From an uncultured cyanobacterium (lineage in GTDB: Bacteria; Cyanobacteriota; Cyanobacteriia; PCC-6307; Cyanobiaceae), in the NCBI GenBank assembly GCA_963765575.1, contig CAVXWZ010000009.1, positions 1 to 22,359 of the forward strand: DNA of 22,359 bases, written 5' to 3'. Position 1 is the stretch's first letter, and each line of letters opens with the position of its first letter. Below the pieces are notes generated by a model. That model saw only the letters and a program-made list of their open reading frames with translations. It had not been told where the DNA came from and did no database searches. Positions 19,824 through 22,359 of this stretch are shown here, piece by piece. A program made the translations under genes and the position numbers.

Positions 19824-20100
19824 TCAGCCCGGCCACCGACACCACCGCCACACCGCCAGCAGCGATCCCCGCGCCCTCACGGTCGAGAACGTGGAGCGCA
19901 ACCTCGATGAACTGCGTCCCTACCTGATGGCCGACGGCGGCAACGTCGAGGTGGTGGAGATCGAAGGGCCGATCGTGAAGGTGCGGCTGCAGGGCGCCTG
20001 CGGCAGCTGCCCCAGCAGCACCATGACCCTCAAGATGGGCATCGAGCGCAAGCTGCGCGAGGCCATCCCCGAGATCGCCGAAGTGGTGCAGGTGCTCTGA
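19820..20100 (+). CDS. nifU: NifU C-terminal domain (Nfu) Fe-S scaffold protein; frameshift near the 5' end
   Basis: [51 protein letters not shown] (CxxC motif). Confidence 0.95.
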
Positions 20101-20157
20101 GCCGCTGATCCCGCCCTTGGCGGCCCCCTAGTCTTCCGGCCGCCACCACAGCCCGCC

Positions 20158-21443
20158 GTGCTCGATCAGCGCCTGCTGCGCCAACACCCCGAGCAGATCG
20201 TGGAGCAGCTCGCCCGCCGCGGCCTGGCGGTCGATCTCACCGGCCTGCAGCTGGTGGCTGAGCAGGAACGCGACCTCGAGCAGCGCCGCAGCGAGCTCCA
20301 GGCCGAAGGCAACCGCATCGGCAAGCAGGTGGGCCAGCTGATCCGCGCCGGCGCCGCTGCCGATGGCCCCGAGGTGGCCGAGCTGCGCCAGAGCGGCAAC
20401 CGCGTCAAGCAGCAGGTGGCGGTGCTGGAAGACGAGGAGAAGGGCCTCGAAGCCCGCCTGCGCGAGCAGCTGCTCAGCCTCCCCAACCTGCCCGCCCCCG
20501 AAGTTCCCGCCGGCCTCAGCGAGGCCGACAACGTGGAGTGCAAGCGCTGGGGCGACCCGCGCCCGGCCGCCGGCCTGCAGGAGCACTGGCAGATCGGCGA
20601 GCGCCTGGGGCTGTGGGACAGCGAGCGTTCGGTGCGCATCGCCCAGAGCCGCTTCATCACCCTGCTCGGCGCCGGCGCCCGCCTCGAGCGCGCCCTGATC
20701 AGCTTCATGCTCGATCAGCACACCGCCCGCGGCTACACCGAGGTGCTGCCGCCGATCCTGGTGAACTCCGCCAGCCTCACCGGTTCGGGCCAGCTGCCCA
20801 AGTTCGCCGAGGAGAGCTTCCAGTGCGCCGGCGACGACCTCTGGCTCACCCCCACCGCCGAGGTGCCGCTCACCTCCCTGCACCGCGATGAGGTGATCCC
20901 CGCCGAGCAGCTGCCCCTGCGCTACTGCGCCTACACCCCCTGCTTCCGCCGCGAGGCCGGCTCCTACGGCCGCGACACCCGCGGCCTGATCCGCCTGCAC
21001 CAGTTCAACAAGGTGGAGCTCTACTGGTTCACCCGCCCCGAAGACTCCGCCGCCGCCCACGAGCAGCTCACCCGCCACGCCGAGGCCATCCTCGAAACCC
21101 TCAACCTCCCCTACCGCCGCATCGAGCTCTGCGGCGCTGATCTGGGCTTCTCCGCCGCCCGCACCTTCGATCTGGAGGTGTGGCTGCCCGGCGCCGGCAC
21201 CTACCGCGAGATCTCCAGCTGCTCGGTGTGCGGCGACTTCCAGGCCCGCCGCGCCTCGATCCGCTTCAAAGACCCCGACACCAAGGGCACCCAGCTCGTG
21301 CACACCCTCAACGGCTCCGGCCTGGCCGTGGGCCGCACCATGGCCGCCCTGCTCGAAAACGGCCAGCAGGCCGATGGCTCGGTGACCCTCCCGCCGCCCT
21401 GGTGCCCTATTTCGGGGGGGAGAGGATCGGCCCGGCTGGGTGA
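20158..21443 (+). CDS. serS: Serine--tRNA ligase; frameshift near 21390
   Basis: MLDQRLLR.., motif 2 FRREAGSYGRDTRGLIRLHQFNKVE, motif 3 HTLNGSGLAVGRT. The conserved tail PAALVPYFGG..* lies in a shifted frame ending at 21443. Confidence 0.98.
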
Positions 21444-21482
21444 GCGGCGGCGGCTGGCCAGCAGAGATGGAACTCAGCCGCC

Positions 21483-21629
21483 ATGGTCATGGTCACTCAG
21501 TGGGAAGGCCGCCCCTGGATCGCAGTTCTCAGCCAGGATGGGGAGCGGGTCATCACCACATACCCCACTGATCAGCGCACAGTGACCAACCGCCTGGAAT
21601 CAGGACGATGGATCAATCCCAACACCTGA
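21483..21629 (+). pseudogene. 3' fragment of a small RelE/BrnT/DUF4258-like toxin gene
   Basis: MVMVTQWEGRPWIAVLSQDGERVITTYPTDQRTVTNRLESGRWINPNT*; the VITxY strand is typical of this fold, and the fragment overlaps the start of the next small gene. Confidence 0.5.
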
Positions 21630-21853
21630 GCACGCAGCTGGAAGGCATGGAGCGGGTGCTGGATGCCGACACCGGAGCGATCCTGTTCCGCCACCCCACG
21701 CTGCGGGGCATCCCTGATCTGGTGCTGGAAGGCGATGGCTACACCCTCGAGTTCATCGGCCCCACCTTGCTCTGCATCGACATTCGCAATCCGGCAGGGC
21801 TCGCCAAACTGCTGGCCGAGCCGTTCAAGGCCCAGCTCCCCGTGGCGGTCTGA
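21608..21853 (+). CDS. Small hypothetical protein, DUF2283-like putative antitoxin
   Basis: 81 aa; the pattern LDADTGAILFR..GYTLEFIGPTLLCIDIRN resembles DUF2283. Preceded by AGGA. Confidence 0.55.
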   Translation: MDQSQHLSTQLEGMERVLDADTGAILFRHPTLRGIPDLVLEGDGYTLEFIGPTLLCIDIRNPAGLAKLLAEPFKAQLPVAV

Positions 21854-22143
21854 GGGCCGCCCAGGCCTCCCGGCCTCAAGCCGGGCAACCGTTGAACAAA
21901 GAGATCCGCAACCTGTACACGCTGTACACAACGCGGCTGGTCGCAATGGGCTGATAGCTGCAGGCCGGTGCTCTCGAACAAGCTGGTCTTCTGGCTGTTC
22001 GAACAGCCCCGTAGAGGAGATCGCCGCCATGGCCGGCATCACCACCGACGACTTCACCCAGAGAGTCGTTGACCGCGTCTGCAGCTCCTTGAGCTCGACG
22101 ACACCACCGCGGCTAGCGTGAAATCACCTGCTGCGCAGGCCCC

Positions 22144-22359
22144 ATGACGCCCACAGGCAGCGAAACAGGAGCACGCAACAACGAGCTGTTGTTTCAGCTC
22201 ACCACCTTGGCCAAGTCATCGGGTCGCTGGAGGGTGTTCGACAGCTCCGCCGGCTTCCGCCTCGCCGACGGCTCCGTGCTCAGCCCCGATGCCTCCATGG
22301 TGAGGCTGGAGCGCTGGCAGGCCCTCACCCCTCAGCAACGCCGTGGCTTCGCGCCCCTC
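22144..22359 (+). pseudogene. Second Uma2 endonuclease, 5'-truncated, runs off the window
   Basis: MTPTGSETGARNNELLFQLTTLAKSSGRWRVFDSSAGFRLADGSVLSPDASMVRLERWQALTPQQRRGFAPL; lacks the roughly 50 N-terminal residues of the other copy. Confidence 0.85.

Noticed and set aside
20128..21303. 391-aa minus strand ORF
   Set aside because: Antisense to serS.
21390..21585. C-terminal extension of SerS
   Set aside because: The conserved tail PAALVPYFGG lies in another frame ending at 21443; the extension results from an indel.
21945..22121. Possible PIN-toxin remnant (CRPVLSNKLVF..)
   Set aside because: Similarity is too short and broken to support a call.

Overview
High-GC picocyanobacterial (Cyanobium/Synechococcus-like) chromosomal region with three core genes: lepA, a nifU/nfu-type gene and serS. 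Type IV pilus genes dominate the rest: a major-pilin-like gene beside an OmpR-family two-component system and a GT41 (O-GlcNAc transferase) remnant, plus two separate four-gene minor pilin clusters with the same order (PilX-, PilV-, FimT-, PilW-like). Between them are two IS5-family elements, a DevBCA-type ABC exporter divergent from an unexplained Lys/Gly-rich, Cys-free, signal-less protein, and a membrane protein with a possible LytR_C-like domain. Runs of intact and decayed toxin-antitoxin and Uma2 cassettes follow both lepA and serS. Many genes, including the essential serS, carry single-base frameshifts, most likely uncorrected long-read errors, so coordinates of broken genes are approximate. 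Family assignments come from motif recognition by eye, not database searches.
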